Below, piece by piece: positions 10,062-19,294 of a stretch of DNA of 64,000 nucleotides. The notes beneath the pieces were generated by a model. The model was not told the DNA's origin. It saw nothing but the letters and a program-made list of their open reading frames with translations, and searched no databases. The position numbers and the translations under genes are program-made. Position 1 is the first letter of the stretch. Each line of letters begins with the position of its first letter. The DNA comes from a virus, in IMG/VR virus record IMGVR_UViG_3300008110_010375, one strand, 5' to 3'.

Positions 10062-11254
10062 AGCACGCAACAATCGTACCGCTCATAGGCGGTGAGACCC
10101 TAGGCTCTGAAAAAGCTTTCGGAAGCCGCCCAGTCTGGCTCGCTTCGTATGAAGCGTTTCAGGCAAACGACAGCCACCTGCTTAACTACTACAACAACGA
10201 GGTTCCGTATCACCTGATCGACAAGGGAAGCTTCCCAACCGAGAAGGTCGACGTCATCAGCACAGTGTGTCCATGCGCCGGCCTGTCGCAGCTGTCGCAC
10301 GGCTTCGGCGACCACAACCCGAACAACAAGTGGATGATCGAGACGGCGAAGTACGTGCTCGGCGAGCTTAAGCCCGAGGTGTTCTGGGGTGAGAACGCCC
10401 CAGGATTCGCAGGCAAGATCGGTGAGAACGTTCGCAACCAAGTGCGCCAGATCGGTCTCGACAACGGATACAGCATGACGGTCTACCGCACGCGCTCGCT
10501 CCTTCACGGGGTGGCGCAGGTGCGCGAGCGAGCTTTCTACTTCTTCTGGCGCGGCGACAAGGTTCCCGTGTTGAACTTCTACCAGCGCGAGCGTCCGACG
10601 ATTGAGGACACGATACTCAGCGTCACGTCTAACTTCCAGATGGATCCGATCAATCCAAAGACTCCGTCGAAGGACGATCCCTACTACCGCTTCATCCTTG
10701 AGCACATACACGGAGGCGTGAGTCATCGCGACTTCTGTAAGAACGTCGAGCCCGCCAAAGCGCGCGGACAGGACGTCTTATCATATATAGAACGCGTGGG
10801 CGTCGACTACGACGAGGTCGCCGAGTGGATGGGAGCCAACGGCTATCCCAAAGAAGTTGAGAAGTGCAAGGGTCGCAAGGCCAAGATTGCGGCCGGCGGA
10901 AACATCATGCGCCGCGGAACCATAGTCCCACGAGACTACATCGGCGCGTTCGTCGGTCACTACCCAATGATGCTGACGCATCCCGTCGAAGACCGCTACA
11001 TAACATACAGGGAAGCCATGACGATCATGGGACTCCCGCAAGACTTTGAGCTGCTCAACCCAAAGAAGAGCGCGAACCACATCTGTCAAAATGTACCAGT
11101 GAGCACCGCACATGACATGGCAACCGAAGTCCGTGAATATCTTGAAGGAAAGCGAGAACTCGTATCGTCTCGTCTCGCTTTCCAATACAACTTCTCTAGA
11201 ACAAATGAGTTTACTGATGAACGAACAACCTCTGCGCTCGATGCCTTCTTCTGA
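10058..11254 (+). CDS. C5-cytosine DNA methyltransferase-fold protein with atypical motif I
   Basis: CPCAGLS (motif IV), ENA (VI), QVRER (VIII), RYITYREAMTIMGLP (IX), QNVP (X). Confidence 0.8.
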   Translation: MKHATIVPLIGGETLGSEKAFGSRPVWLASYEAFQANDSHLLNYYNNEVPYHLIDKGSFPTEKVDVISTVCPCAGLSQLSHGFGDHNPNNKWMIETAKYVLGELKPEVFWGENAPGFAGKIGENVRNQVRQIGLDNGYSMTVYRTRSLLHGVAQVRERAFYFFWRGDKVPVLNFYQRERPTIEDTILSVTSNFQMDPINPKTPSKDDPYYRFILEHIHGGVSHRDFCKNVEPAKARGQDVLSYIERVGVDYDEVAEWMGANGYPKEVEKCKGRKAKIAAGGNIMRRGTIVPRDYIGAFVGHYPMMLTHPVEDRYITYREAMTIMGLPQDFELLNPKKSANHICQNVPVSTAHDMATEVREYLEGKRELVSSRLAFQYNFSRTNEFTDERTTSALDAFF

Positions 11255-11576
11255 GCTTAAGCACCTTGGGCTGGAAGATGTCGTGGTGAAAAAAAAGGAC
11301 TACAAGTACAACGAAGACCTGTACATTTCAGAAATCGCGGATTATATTGGTAAGACATACGGTGAGCACTACTCGCGGAACAAGTTCCAAGCGACTGAGT
11401 TCATCATAGATTCCGGTCACGGCACCGGCTTCTGCGTCGGCAACGTCCTAAAGTACGCGCAGCGCTATGGGCGCAAGGGCTCACCGGACGACTGGAGGAA
11501 AGACCTCATGAAGGTGATCCACTACGCGATCATCCAGCTTCACGTTCACGATACAACCTACGAGGACGACAAGTGA
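11241..11576 (+). CDS. DUF3310-like protein
   Basis: HY...GFCVGNVLKYAQRYGRK...DLMKVIHY; start uncertain. Confidence 0.65.
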   Translation: MPSSELKHLGLEDVVVKKKDYKYNEDLYISEIADYIGKTYGEHYSRNKFQATEFIIDSGHGTGFCVGNVLKYAQRYGRKGSPDDWRKDLMKVIHYAIIQLHVHDTTYEDDK

Positions 11577-11761
11577 ACAAGTTTCTACAATATGTAAAGC
11601 ATTCAAACATACACGTGTCGCTTAGCTTGAATCCGTTCAAGTGGCGCGTTATTATTGATTGTTCTAGACGCAGCGATATGGATCCTGGGCTGTTGCTAGA
11701 TTTTCTAATGATTTTAGGTCCACTAAAGATTGCAATGATCATCGATGACGGGAGTTGGTAA
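11573..11761 (+). CDS. Hypothetical protein
   Basis: Short ORF coupled to neighbours (GTGA overlap). Confidence 0.5.
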   Translation: MNKFLQYVKHSNIHVSLSLNPFKWRVIIDCSRRSDMDPGLLLDFLMILGPLKIAMIIDDGSW

Positions 11762-11763
11762 CG

Positions 11764-12630
11764 ATGGAAATCCAGATTAAAGTTGAAGAGCTGCAGAAGA
11801 AGAAACTCTTCGTGGCTACACCTATGTACGGCGGACAGTGTAACGGCATGTACGCCCGCTCGATGTGTGACCTCACTGCCATGTGCTTGAAGTACGGCAT
11901 CGAGATGCGCTCATACTTCTTGTTCAATGAGTCGCTCATCACTCGAGCCAGAAACTATTGTGTTGACGAATTCCTGCGCTCGGGTTATACTCACCTTATG
12001 TTCGTCGACTCGGACATCGGATTCAATCCCCAAGACGTGCTCGCTCTTCTCGCTCTCCAGACCGACGAGTCTCCATACGACATCATCGGCGGTGCGTACC
12101 CGAAGAAGTGCATCACTTGGGAAAAGATCAAGATGGCCGTCGATAAGGGAGTCGCGGATCAGAACCCAGCGCTTCTTGAAGACTTCGTCGGCGACTTCGT
12201 CTTCAACCCAGTGATGGAGAAGGGCGAAGCTTCCAAGTCGATCAAGCTCGACGAGCCGGCGGAAGTGCTTGAGATCGGTACTGGCTTCATGATGGTTCGC
12301 CGCGCGACCTTCGAGGAGTACGTCAAGAAGTACCCAAACATCATGTACAAGCCCGACCACGTCCGCACCGCTGAGTTCGACGGCACGCGCCGCATCGGCA
12401 TGTACTTCCAAGCCGAGGTCGACCCTGAGTCCGAGCGCTACTTGTCGGAAGACTACCTCTTCTGTCAGAACTCACGCAAGGCCGGAATGAAGGTTTGGCT
12501 CTGCCCATGGATGCACCTGCAGCACGCAGGCTTCTACACCTTCGGCGGCAAGCTCGCGGCTTTGGCATCTATCGGTGCCTCCGCGACGGCAGACCCCGCA
12601 CAGATCGCCGCAACAAAAGCAAAGAAGTGA
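11764..12630 (+). CDS. GT-A fold glycosyltransferase-like protein
   Basis: ATPMYGG, ESLITRARN, FVDSD (DxD), GTGFM and SEDY motifs. Confidence 0.7.
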   Translation: MEIQIKVEELQKKKLFVATPMYGGQCNGMYARSMCDLTAMCLKYGIEMRSYFLFNESLITRARNYCVDEFLRSGYTHLMFVDSDIGFNPQDVLALLALQTDESPYDIIGGAYPKKCITWEKIKMAVDKGVADQNPALLEDFVGDFVFNPVMEKGEASKSIKLDEPAEVLEIGTGFMMVRRATFEEYVKKYPNIMYKPDHVRTAEFDGTRRIGMYFQAEVDPESERYLSEDYLFCQNSRKAGMKVWLCPWMHLQHAGFYTFGGKLAALASIGASATADPAQIAATKAKK

Positions 12631-12646
12631 TTGGAGACTATACATT

Positions 12647-13309
12647 ATGAAGTTGAGTGACAACACCATCGCGATTCTCAAGAACTTCGCGACCATCAAC
12701 CCGTCGATCCTGGTCCGTCCAGGATCGACACTCTCCACCATCTCACCTCAGAAGTCGATCTTCGCGAAAGCTCCGGTCGAGGAGTCGTTTCCTCGCGAGT
12801 TCGCCATCTATGAGTTGAGCAAGTTCCTCGGCGTCCTCTCGCTCTTCAACGAGCCTGAGATCGAGTTTAAAGAAAAGTCGATGCTCATCAAGTCCGGCAA
12901 GCAGCAGATCAGCTACACATACGCCGAGCCGTCGATGATCGTCGGCGCGCCTGAGAAGGACATCACCTTCCCTGAGCCTGAGATCGACTTCAACATCACT
13001 CAGGAGGAGCTCCAGAAGGTCGTCCGCGCGACCGGCGTCCTCCAAGTTCCAGACGTCAGCATCCAAGGCAACAAGGAGAAGGTTCGCGTCTACGCCATGA
13101 ACGCGAAGAACCCGACCACCGACACCTTCAGCATCGACGTCGGCGAGACCGACAAGCACTTCGACATGATCTTCAAGGCCGAGAACATCATCAAGCTCGT
13201 TCCGGCGAACTACAACGTAAAGATCTCGTCGAAGGGTTTAGCCCTGTACACTTCCGATAAAATAAGTTACTATGTAGCTACTGAGTCCAACAGCAGCTAT
13301 CAGGGGTGA
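12647..13309 (+). CDS. 45: Sliding clamp gp45
   Basis: MKLSDNTIAILKNFATINPSI; upstream of clamp loader. Confidence 0.93.
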   Translation: MKLSDNTIAILKNFATINPSILVRPGSTLSTISPQKSIFAKAPVEESFPREFAIYELSKFLGVLSLFNEPEIEFKEKSMLIKSGKQQISYTYAEPSMIVGAPEKDITFPEPEIDFNITQEELQKVVRATGVLQVPDVSIQGNKEKVRVYAMNAKNPTTDTFSIDVGETDKHFDMIFKAENIIKLVPANYNVKISSKGLALYTSDKISYYVATESNSSYQG

Positions 13310-14247
13310 GCATGGAAGAGTTCCTTTGGGTCGAGAAGTATCGGCCAAAGACTATCGAAGAATGCGTCCTTCCCGACGAACTAAAGAGCACCTTTCAGAA
13401 GTTCGTGGAGAAGGGCGAGATCCCAAACCTACTTTTAACTGGCGGCGCCGGCGTCGGTAAGACCACGGTCGCTCGGGCCATGCTCGAGCAGATCGGCGCC
13501 GACTACATAGTGATCAACGGGAGTATGAATGGAAACATCGACACACTACGAAACGAGATCCTACAGTTTGCTTCCTCAGTTTCTTTTACTGGAAGCAGGA
13601 AATACGTCATCCTTGACGAAGCAGACTACCTCAACGCCAACTCAACCCAACCAGCTCTACGAAATTTCATGGAGGAATTCTCAAGGAACTGTGGGTTCAT
13701 ACTCACCTGTAACTTCAGAAACCGCATCATCGAGCCCCTACACTCTCGTTGTTCCGTTGTCGAGTTCAAAATTTCCAAAGCGGATCTTCCTCGACTTGCA
13801 GCTCAATTCTTCAAGCGCGTCCTTTCAATTCTCGATGGAAATGGCGTAAAGTATGATAAAGCTGTTGTTGCTGAGCTTATTCAGCGCCACCTGCCTGATT
13901 GGCGTCGCGTGCTTAATGAACTACAGAGATACTCCGTAAATGGAACCATCGACACTGGAATCTTTGCTAACCACGGCGCTTCTGCTTTTACTGATCTGGT
14001 CGACATTCTGAAGCAGAAGAAGTTCGGCGAGATGCGTAAGTGGGTGGGTGAGAACTCCGACATGGACTCGACCACGCTCTTCCGTAAGTTCTACGACACC
14101 GCCTACGAGAAGGTCAATCCCAAGTCCATCCCTGAGCTCGTCCTCATCATCGCCAAGTACCAGTACCAAGCGGCGTTCGTGGCCGACCATGAGATCAACA
14201 CGGCGGCCTTCCTCACCGAGGTCATGATGGCGACGGAGTTCACATGA
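13306..14247 (+). CDS. 44: Clamp loader large subunit gp44
   Basis: LWVEKYRP, GGAGVGKTT, DEAD, SRC motifs. Confidence 0.96.
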   Translation: MSMEEFLWVEKYRPKTIEECVLPDELKSTFQKFVEKGEIPNLLLTGGAGVGKTTVARAMLEQIGADYIVINGSMNGNIDTLRNEILQFASSVSFTGSRKYVILDEADYLNANSTQPALRNFMEEFSRNCGFILTCNFRNRIIEPLHSRCSVVEFKISKADLPRLAAQFFKRVLSILDGNGVKYDKAVVAELIQRHLPDWRRVLNELQRYSVNGTIDTGIFANHGASAFTDLVDILKQKKFGEMRKWVGENSDMDSTTLFRKFYDTAYEKVNPKSIPELVLIIAKYQYQAAFVADHEINTAAFLTEVMMATEFT

Positions 14248-14666
14248 GTCCATTCGACTTCGTCAACGCGATAAACACGACCAAGAAAGACCTGATCCGC
14301 GACTCGGAGAACCCCGAGCTCGCGGAGAAGTCGTACAACCCGTTCCTGATAAACAGGGCCCTGTCTTACTTCGTCGACACCCTGCTGTACGCGAATGAGA
14401 TGAACCTGCACAATACCGTCGAAAAACAGCTGCAAAACGATTATCTGATAAATAGTATCAGGAAAGGTAAGCGTTTCTCGAAGTGGGCGAAGGCCGTCGA
14501 GGAACCTGATGTTCAGTGCGTGCAGGAATTCTACAAGATAAGCTACAGACGGGCTCTAGATGTCTGCGGTGTCCTTACGAAAGAACAGATCGACCTTATA
14601 AAAGAAAAGTTAATAAAAGGTGGTACTGATGTTCAATCTAAGCCAGCTGGTCGAGGTTCGACTTAG
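14244..14666 (+). CDS. 62: Clamp loader small subunit gp62
   Basis: PFDFVNAIN, YNPFLINRALS, KRFSKW; synteny. Confidence 0.92.
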   Translation: MSPFDFVNAINTTKKDLIRDSENPELAEKSYNPFLINRALSYFVDTLLYANEMNLHNTVEKQLQNDYLINSIRKGKRFSKWAKAVEEPDVQCVQEFYKISYRRALDVCGVLTKEQIDLIKEKLIKGGTDVQSKPAGRGST

Positions 14667-15042
14667 ATCCCCAGAAGACTTCTTAAAAGTCAAGGAGACC
14701 CTCTCAAGGATCGGTCTCGCTTCCAAGAAAGACAACACCCTCTATCAGTCCTGCCACATCCTGCATAAGCAGGGTCGCTACTACATCGTGCACTTCAAGG
14801 AGCTGTTCATGCTCGACGGCAAGCCCGCCGACTTCTCAGAGTCGGACGTTGCCCGCAGGAACAGGATAGCGCTGCTGCTCGATGAGTGGTCGCTCGTCGA
14901 GATCGTTGATAAGTTCAAAGTTCAGGAGCCGGTGTCTCCCATCAATCAGATAAAGATAATCCCTCACAAGGAGAAGTCTCAATGGAACTTGGTGGCGAAG
15001 TACACGATCGGCGGTGGTCGAGCATCTGGACTGAAGGTTTGA
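14629..15042 (+). CDS. regA: Translational repressor RegA
   Basis: DFLKVKETLSRIG, LYQSCHILHKQGRYYIVHFKELF. Confidence 0.96.
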   Translation: MFNLSQLVEVRLRSPEDFLKVKETLSRIGLASKKDNTLYQSCHILHKQGRYYIVHFKELFMLDGKPADFSESDVARRNRIALLLDEWSLVEIVDKFKVQEPVSPINQIKIIPHKEKSQWNLVAKYTIGGGRASGLKV

Positions 15043-15065
15043 AGTGATACTATGGAAAGAACGTT

Positions 15066-16139
15066 ATGCTGAAGGTGCATCAGGAGTGGGATCCTCTTAA
15101 AGTATGTGTGGTAGGTAAGAACTATCCGCCCGAGTTCTACTCGTTCATGAAGAACGCAAAGATGCGCGATCTCTTTGAGAAGATCGCGCGCGAGACTGAA
15201 GAAGACTACCAATCGCTCATCAAGATCTTAAAGTCGTTCAACGTCGAGGTGCTTCGTCCCGACGTACCGGACGTCGTCCCGCAGGAGTACATCGATCAGA
15301 ACCTACCGATCCCAGCGCCGGTGAGCTCTATCCCGCGCGACCAGATGATCATGATCGGTGAGACGTTCTTTCTCTTCCCGTACTTCAGGGTGAACCAGAA
15401 AGTAAACTGGCGATACGAAGACCAGCGCCAGTTTAAGAACTTCGATGTATGCTGGCAGGGAATCCTTGACTACGTCGCTTCCAAGGGAAACAAAGTCGTC
15501 AACAAGCAGGATGACGAGGACTTAGCGTGGATCAAGGTCAACGGCATCTATAGGATAGGCAAGGACCTGTTCTTTGGATCGAAGGGTGAAATGTCGGACT
15601 GGAGGGTGCTCGACGCGATCGACATAATGAAGAACACATATCTCCAAGACTATACGACGCATGCAGTTACAACAGGCGGACACATCGATGGTGTATTTAG
15701 TCCTCTCAACCCAGGACTGATATTCAGCGCATACGACGCGGAGACATACGAACACACGTTCCCCGACTGGGAGGTGGTGTACTTTGAGCAGAACCGGATG
15801 AACGCCCTTGGCGAGTGGATGTATCTAAAGGAGAAGAACAACGGTAAGTGGTTCATTCCCGGTGTCGCCGACGACGATGAGATAATAGAGTACGTTGAGC
15901 ACTGGCTTCAAGACTGGCTGGGATACGTCGAGGAGACGATCTTTGACGTGAACGTCTTAATGATCGATCCAAAGAACGTCGTGGTTTCATCCTACAACGA
16001 GAAAGCTTTCAAAGCCCTTGAAAGACATGGGATCACGCCCCACATATCCCCTATGAGACACCGGTTCTTCTGGGACGGGGGAGCGCACTGTATAACCGCT
16101 GAGCTCCATCGCGAGGGCGAGAGGAAGACTTTCTTCTGA
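15066..16139 (+). CDS. Amidinotransferase family protein (copy 1)
   Basis: EWDPLK, PRD, GHIDG, DVNVL and GGAHC (catalytic His/Cys). Confidence 0.85.
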   Translation: MLKVHQEWDPLKVCVVGKNYPPEFYSFMKNAKMRDLFEKIARETEEDYQSLIKILKSFNVEVLRPDVPDVVPQEYIDQNLPIPAPVSSIPRDQMIMIGETFFLFPYFRVNQKVNWRYEDQRQFKNFDVCWQGILDYVASKGNKVVNKQDDEDLAWIKVNGIYRIGKDLFFGSKGEMSDWRVLDAIDIMKNTYLQDYTTHAVTTGGHIDGVFSPLNPGLIFSAYDAETYEHTFPDWEVVYFEQNRMNALGEWMYLKEKNNGKWFIPGVADDDEIIEYVEHWLQDWLGYVEETIFDVNVLMIDPKNVVVSSYNEKAFKALERHGITPHISPMRHRFFWDGGAHCITAELHREGERKTFF

Positions 16140-16148
16140 TCTTTTCTA

Positions 16149-16188
16149 TTGACAATTCTATGTAAATAGTGTAGGATCTAGATAATGG
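16149..16188 (+). promoter_or_regulatory. Early promoter with CTAGATAATGG extension
   Basis: TTGACA-17-TAGGAT-CTAGATAATGG. Confidence 0.75.
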
Positions 16189-16201
16189 ATTGGAGAACGA
16201 C

Positions 16202-16492
16202 ATGATCAAGAATGCGCTCGTGGCTGTCGCGTTACTGGCCGGAACCGCGTCAGCCCAAGCCGACGGGTACTTCCCTAGGCATGGACACCATCACCAGCAC
16301 TTTCGCCACAACAACGGGGGTGGAGACGCCGGTGCCGCCCTCATAGGAGGCCTGATCGGAGGCATGATCTTGAACCAGATGATGCAGCCCCCTCGTCCCC
16401 ACTACTACCAGCCTATGTGCCAGACGGTCTTCTTGGGACGGGTCTGGAACGGGTACACTTGGGTCGAGCAGTACCAGCGGATATGTGACTGA
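16202..16492 (+). CDS. Small secreted protein with glycine-zipper segment
   Basis: Signal peptide ending ASAQA, His-rich stretch, GAALIGGLIGG, C-terminal Cys pair. Confidence 0.65.
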   Translation: MIKNALVAVALLAGTASAQADGYFPRHGHHHQHFRHNNGGGDAGAALIGGLIGGMILNQMMQPPRPHYYQPMCQTVFLGRVWNGYTWVEQYQRICD

Positions 16493-16571
16493 AAAAACCT
16501 AATCTTTTCAACCACTTAGAAAAACTGAATCTTTTCAATGGCTTAGGAACCTCCCTCCTAAGCCATTGTTT
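16493..16571. repeat. Direct plus inverted repeats of TTTCAA-N4-TTAG (IHF-site-like)
   Basis: Copies at 16506 and 16533, inverted copy at 16559; hairpin CAATGGCTTAGGA/TCCTAAGCCATTG. Confidence 0.7.
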
Positions 16572-16611
16572 TTATTACATAATTTTTTTTCTTATTCCTA
16601 TCACTTTTTTA

Positions 16612-16654
16612 TTGACATTTCTGTAGAACTTTGATAAGATCTAGATAATGGCAA
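16612..16654 (+). promoter_or_regulatory. Early promoter
   Basis: TTGACA-17-TAAGAT-CTAGATAATGGCAA. Confidence 0.8.
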
Positions 16655-16875
16655 AAGGGAATAGAGACATGGACATAGCACAAGCCTCTCAGATCATAGA
16701 CAAAGTTCGCGCCGAGAACGGCTTCGGTCTCCTTGAGATGTTGGAGATCATGACCGACGAGTATCATTCGGGTGGTCTCGGATACTTCCGTGAAACATAC
16801 ACTCACGAAGAACGTACGGCCTATCTCATTCTTATGAACGGCTTTCGTGAATTCTTTGGTGAAAATAACGGTTGA
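16648..16875 (+). CDS. Hypothetical early protein
   Basis: ORF directly after promoter; alternative start 16669. Confidence 0.6.
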   Translation: MAKGNRDMDIAQASQIIDKVRAENGFGLLEMLEIMTDEYHSGGLGYFRETYTHEERTAYLILMNGFREFFGENNG

Positions 16876-16914
16876 CATTCTTATCAAAATAGTATAAGAT
16901 CTAGATAATGGCAA
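16872..16914 (+). promoter_or_regulatory. Early promoter
   Basis: TTGACA-17-TAAGAT-CTAGATAATGGCAA. Confidence 0.8.
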
Positions 16915-16933
16915 TTGAAAAGGAACCTAGACT

Positions 16934-17206
16934 ATGAAGAAAGACTTCGCCTCTGCGATCTCGTACATCCTCACTTCAGCTTCAAACGACGAGTTGAACT
17001 CGATCTATGAAGCCATTGTCAATCGTCGTCAGTCACTGTCGCGCACCGCCCGTGTCAAGTTCATGTCGGGCGACAAAGTGAAGTTCTCAGCGCGCGGTGT
17101 CGACTACTCGGGCGTCATCAAAGACGTCAAGATCAAGAAAGCTTCGGTCAAGATGACGAACGGTCAAACGTACTTGGTCCCCCTCAACATGTTGGAGGCA
17201 GCATGA
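16934..17206 (+). CDS. Hypothetical protein (SH3/KOW-like C-terminus)
   Basis: AGGA RBS; GDKVKF...GVI...YLVP. Confidence 0.6.
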   Translation: MKKDFASAISYILTSASNDELNSIYEAIVNRRQSLSRTARVKFMSGDKVKFSARGVDYSGVIKDVKIKKASVKMTNGQTYLVPLNMLEAA

Positions 17207-17394
17207 AGTACTACGTCCTCACCTTCCACGCGGTCAAAAACGATGGATCATACGGACCCATGTACGGCAATCCAATGATCTTTGTCACCCGCGAAGACGC
17301 GATCGAGTATGGTCGTCATCGAGTAGACTATTCAAGAACCGACTTCAAAGTAAATGAAACTATCGTCACCAAACACGTAGTAGGAACAAAATAA
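17203..17394 (+). CDS. Hypothetical protein
   Basis: GGAGG RBS, ATGA overlap. Confidence 0.55.
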   Translation: MKYYVLTFHAVKNDGSYGPMYGNPMIFVTREDAIEYGRHRVDYSRTDFKVNETIVTKHVVGTK

Positions 17395-18272
17395 TGGCAC
17401 ACTTAGTAGAAACGATGGCATACGCAGGCGAGACACCATGGCACGGCTTAGGCGTCCCAGTACACAACGACCTCACTCCGGCCCAGATGCTTGAGAAAGC
17501 TGGACTCGATTGGACCGTCGAGAAGGTTCCAACGTTCTGTGAGTTCAAGGACGAGCTCATCCCAACGGACGACTACGCTTTGGTTCGCTCAAGCGACAGC
17601 AAGGTGTTGACGACGGTCTCGGGCGACTGGGAACCAATTCAGAACCACGAAGCTTTCGAGTTCTTCAACGACTTCGTCATGGCCGGCGACATGGAGATGC
17701 ACACAGCGGGCTCACTCGACGGCGGTCGAAGCGTCTGGGCTCTCGCTAAGATCAAGGAGTCTTGTGTCGACATTAGGTTCACAGGCATTCGAGTGGTGTG
17801 CAACAACACGCTCACAGTCGCTCTTAACGGCACCACCGACATGATGGTACGCCTGAACCACCGCAACAAGTTCGACGCCGAGTCGGTCAAGCACACGATG
17901 GGAATGGCCAGCAAACGGATGGGCACCTACGTAGATGTGGCTAAGTACCTCACGACCAAGCGCATCACCGACGACACGGTTAAGAACTACTTCCGGACCG
18001 TTTTCCCATCGATGGTCAAGGACGACACCGACTACCTCGATCGCCCGCTCTCGCGTCCGGCGTCGATGGCGCTCGAGGTTCTCGAAACCCAACCGGGGGC
18101 CGAGTACGGTACCGGAAGTTGGTGGCAGGCGTTCAACGCGGTAACATATACCACTGACCACCTGCTCGGACACTCGGCAGACTCACGGCTTAAGTCGGCT
18201 TGGTACGGACAGAATCGCCAGCGCAAGATCAAGGCGCTTGAAACAGCAGTGGAATTCGCGGACGCGGCTTAA
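17394..18272 (+). CDS. DUF932 family phage/plasmid protein
   Basis: ETMAYAGETPWHGLG, AGLDWTV, IQN, TAGSL, IRVVCNNTL, NAVT. Confidence 0.85.
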   Translation: MAHLVETMAYAGETPWHGLGVPVHNDLTPAQMLEKAGLDWTVEKVPTFCEFKDELIPTDDYALVRSSDSKVLTTVSGDWEPIQNHEAFEFFNDFVMAGDMEMHTAGSLDGGRSVWALAKIKESCVDIRFTGIRVVCNNTLTVALNGTTDMMVRLNHRNKFDAESVKHTMGMASKRMGTYVDVAKYLTTKRITDDTVKNYFRTVFPSMVKDDTDYLDRPLSRPASMALEVLETQPGAEYGTGSWWQAFNAVTYTTDHLLGHSADSRLKSAWYGQNRQRKIKALETAVEFADAA

Positions 18273-18287
18273 GCCGCGTCTCCCTCG

Positions 18288-18295
18288 TATAAATA
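18288..18295 (+). promoter_or_regulatory. T4-type late promoter
   Basis: Intergenic TATAAATA; gp55 present. Confidence 0.7.
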
Positions 18296-18312
18296 GGAAC
18301 ATGGAGTGAACG

Positions 18313-18549
18313 ATGCCTAAAGTTACAGTAGAACTTGAATATGAACAGATCGACGCGATCACGCTCGGTGAACTCAAGTCTTCCTACGAGCAGCTCGTCA
18401 AAGACTGGGAAAACAACGTTCGAGTCTATGACGATCCCGACGATCACTGGAATCTGATGGTCGGCTTCGAGAAAGTGATCCAGTACTTCATGGTGCACAG
18501 TGAGTTCAACGACTACATGGCATCCTTCCCCCTCCGCAAAAGGGATTAA
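18313..18549 (+). CDS. Hypothetical protein
   Basis: GGAG RBS after late promoter. Confidence 0.6.
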   Translation: MPKVTVELEYEQIDAITLGELKSSYEQLVKDWENNVRVYDDPDDHWNLMVGFEKVIQYFMVHSEFNDYMASFPLRKRD

Positions 18550-19212
18550 ATGAAGCCAGTCGTTTCGGTCTACCACAATCACCCCTATTGTTCGACCGAC
18601 TCGGCTTTGGGCGTCGCCAACGCCCTGCAGGAAGAATTCGACGTCAAGTTCTTTACGAACGACGACTTCGACTTAGCTCTCGAGCGATCGGCCATGATCG
18701 TGTTCCCCGGAGGGTTGGGCGACGCCGATCAGTTCGATAAGATACTCGGCGACAAGAAAGAAAAAGTCAAAAGCTACGTTGCGAACGGTGGTAAGTACTT
18801 AGGCATCTGCATGGGTGCATACTGGGCAGACCACTGGTACTTCGACCTCCTACAAGATCTGGAGTGCAATCGCTTCATAAAGCAGACTAACAGCGAAACT
18901 ACCAGATCATACGGTACGGTCGTCGACGTGATTTGGTATGGTGTGAGTGAACCGTTGAAGATGTACTTCTACGACGGCTGTGTGATCGAGGGGACCGGCA
19001 GGTGTGAGATCGTGGCGAAGTACGCCTCAAATCACGGCTGGGCAGCGGTCATACAGGGAAACGTTGGTGTGATAGGAATGCATCCAGAATCGACCAAGCA
19101 CTGGTTCACTTACAAGACCCATAAGTACATGAAGGCCCTGTGGCATGAGGGACGGCAACACAACCTGCTCGCGGATGTGGTCGCCCGAATGATCAACGAC
19201 AGGGACTGCTAG
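18550..19212 (+). CDS. Class I glutamine-amidotransferase-like (BPL_N-like) protein
   Basis: FPGG, YLGICMGAY nucleophile elbow, HPE. Confidence 0.75.
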   Translation: MKPVVSVYHNHPYCSTDSALGVANALQEEFDVKFFTNDDFDLALERSAMIVFPGGLGDADQFDKILGDKKEKVKSYVANGGKYLGICMGAYWADHWYFDLLQDLECNRFIKQTNSETTRSYGTVVDVIWYGVSEPLKMYFYDGCVIEGTGRCEIVAKYASNHGWAAVIQGNVGVIGMHPESTKHWFTYKTHKYMKALWHEGRQHNLLADVVARMINDRDC

Positions 19213-19286
19213 GACGGGTAGCTTAAAGGTGAAGCCGGCCGCTCATAACGGTCTAAGTGTAGGTTCGAGTCCTACCCTGTCCACCA
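19212..19286 (+). tRNA. tRNA with CAT anticodon (Met or Ile2)
   Basis: GGACGGG/CCTGTCC acceptor, CT-CAT-AA loop, GGTTCGAGTCC T arm, CCA end. Confidence 0.9.
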
Positions 19287-19294
19287 TTTTTTTA

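Noticed and set aside
16493-16571. CRISPR mini-array
   Set aside because: Only two or three degenerate copies without spacers; no cas genes
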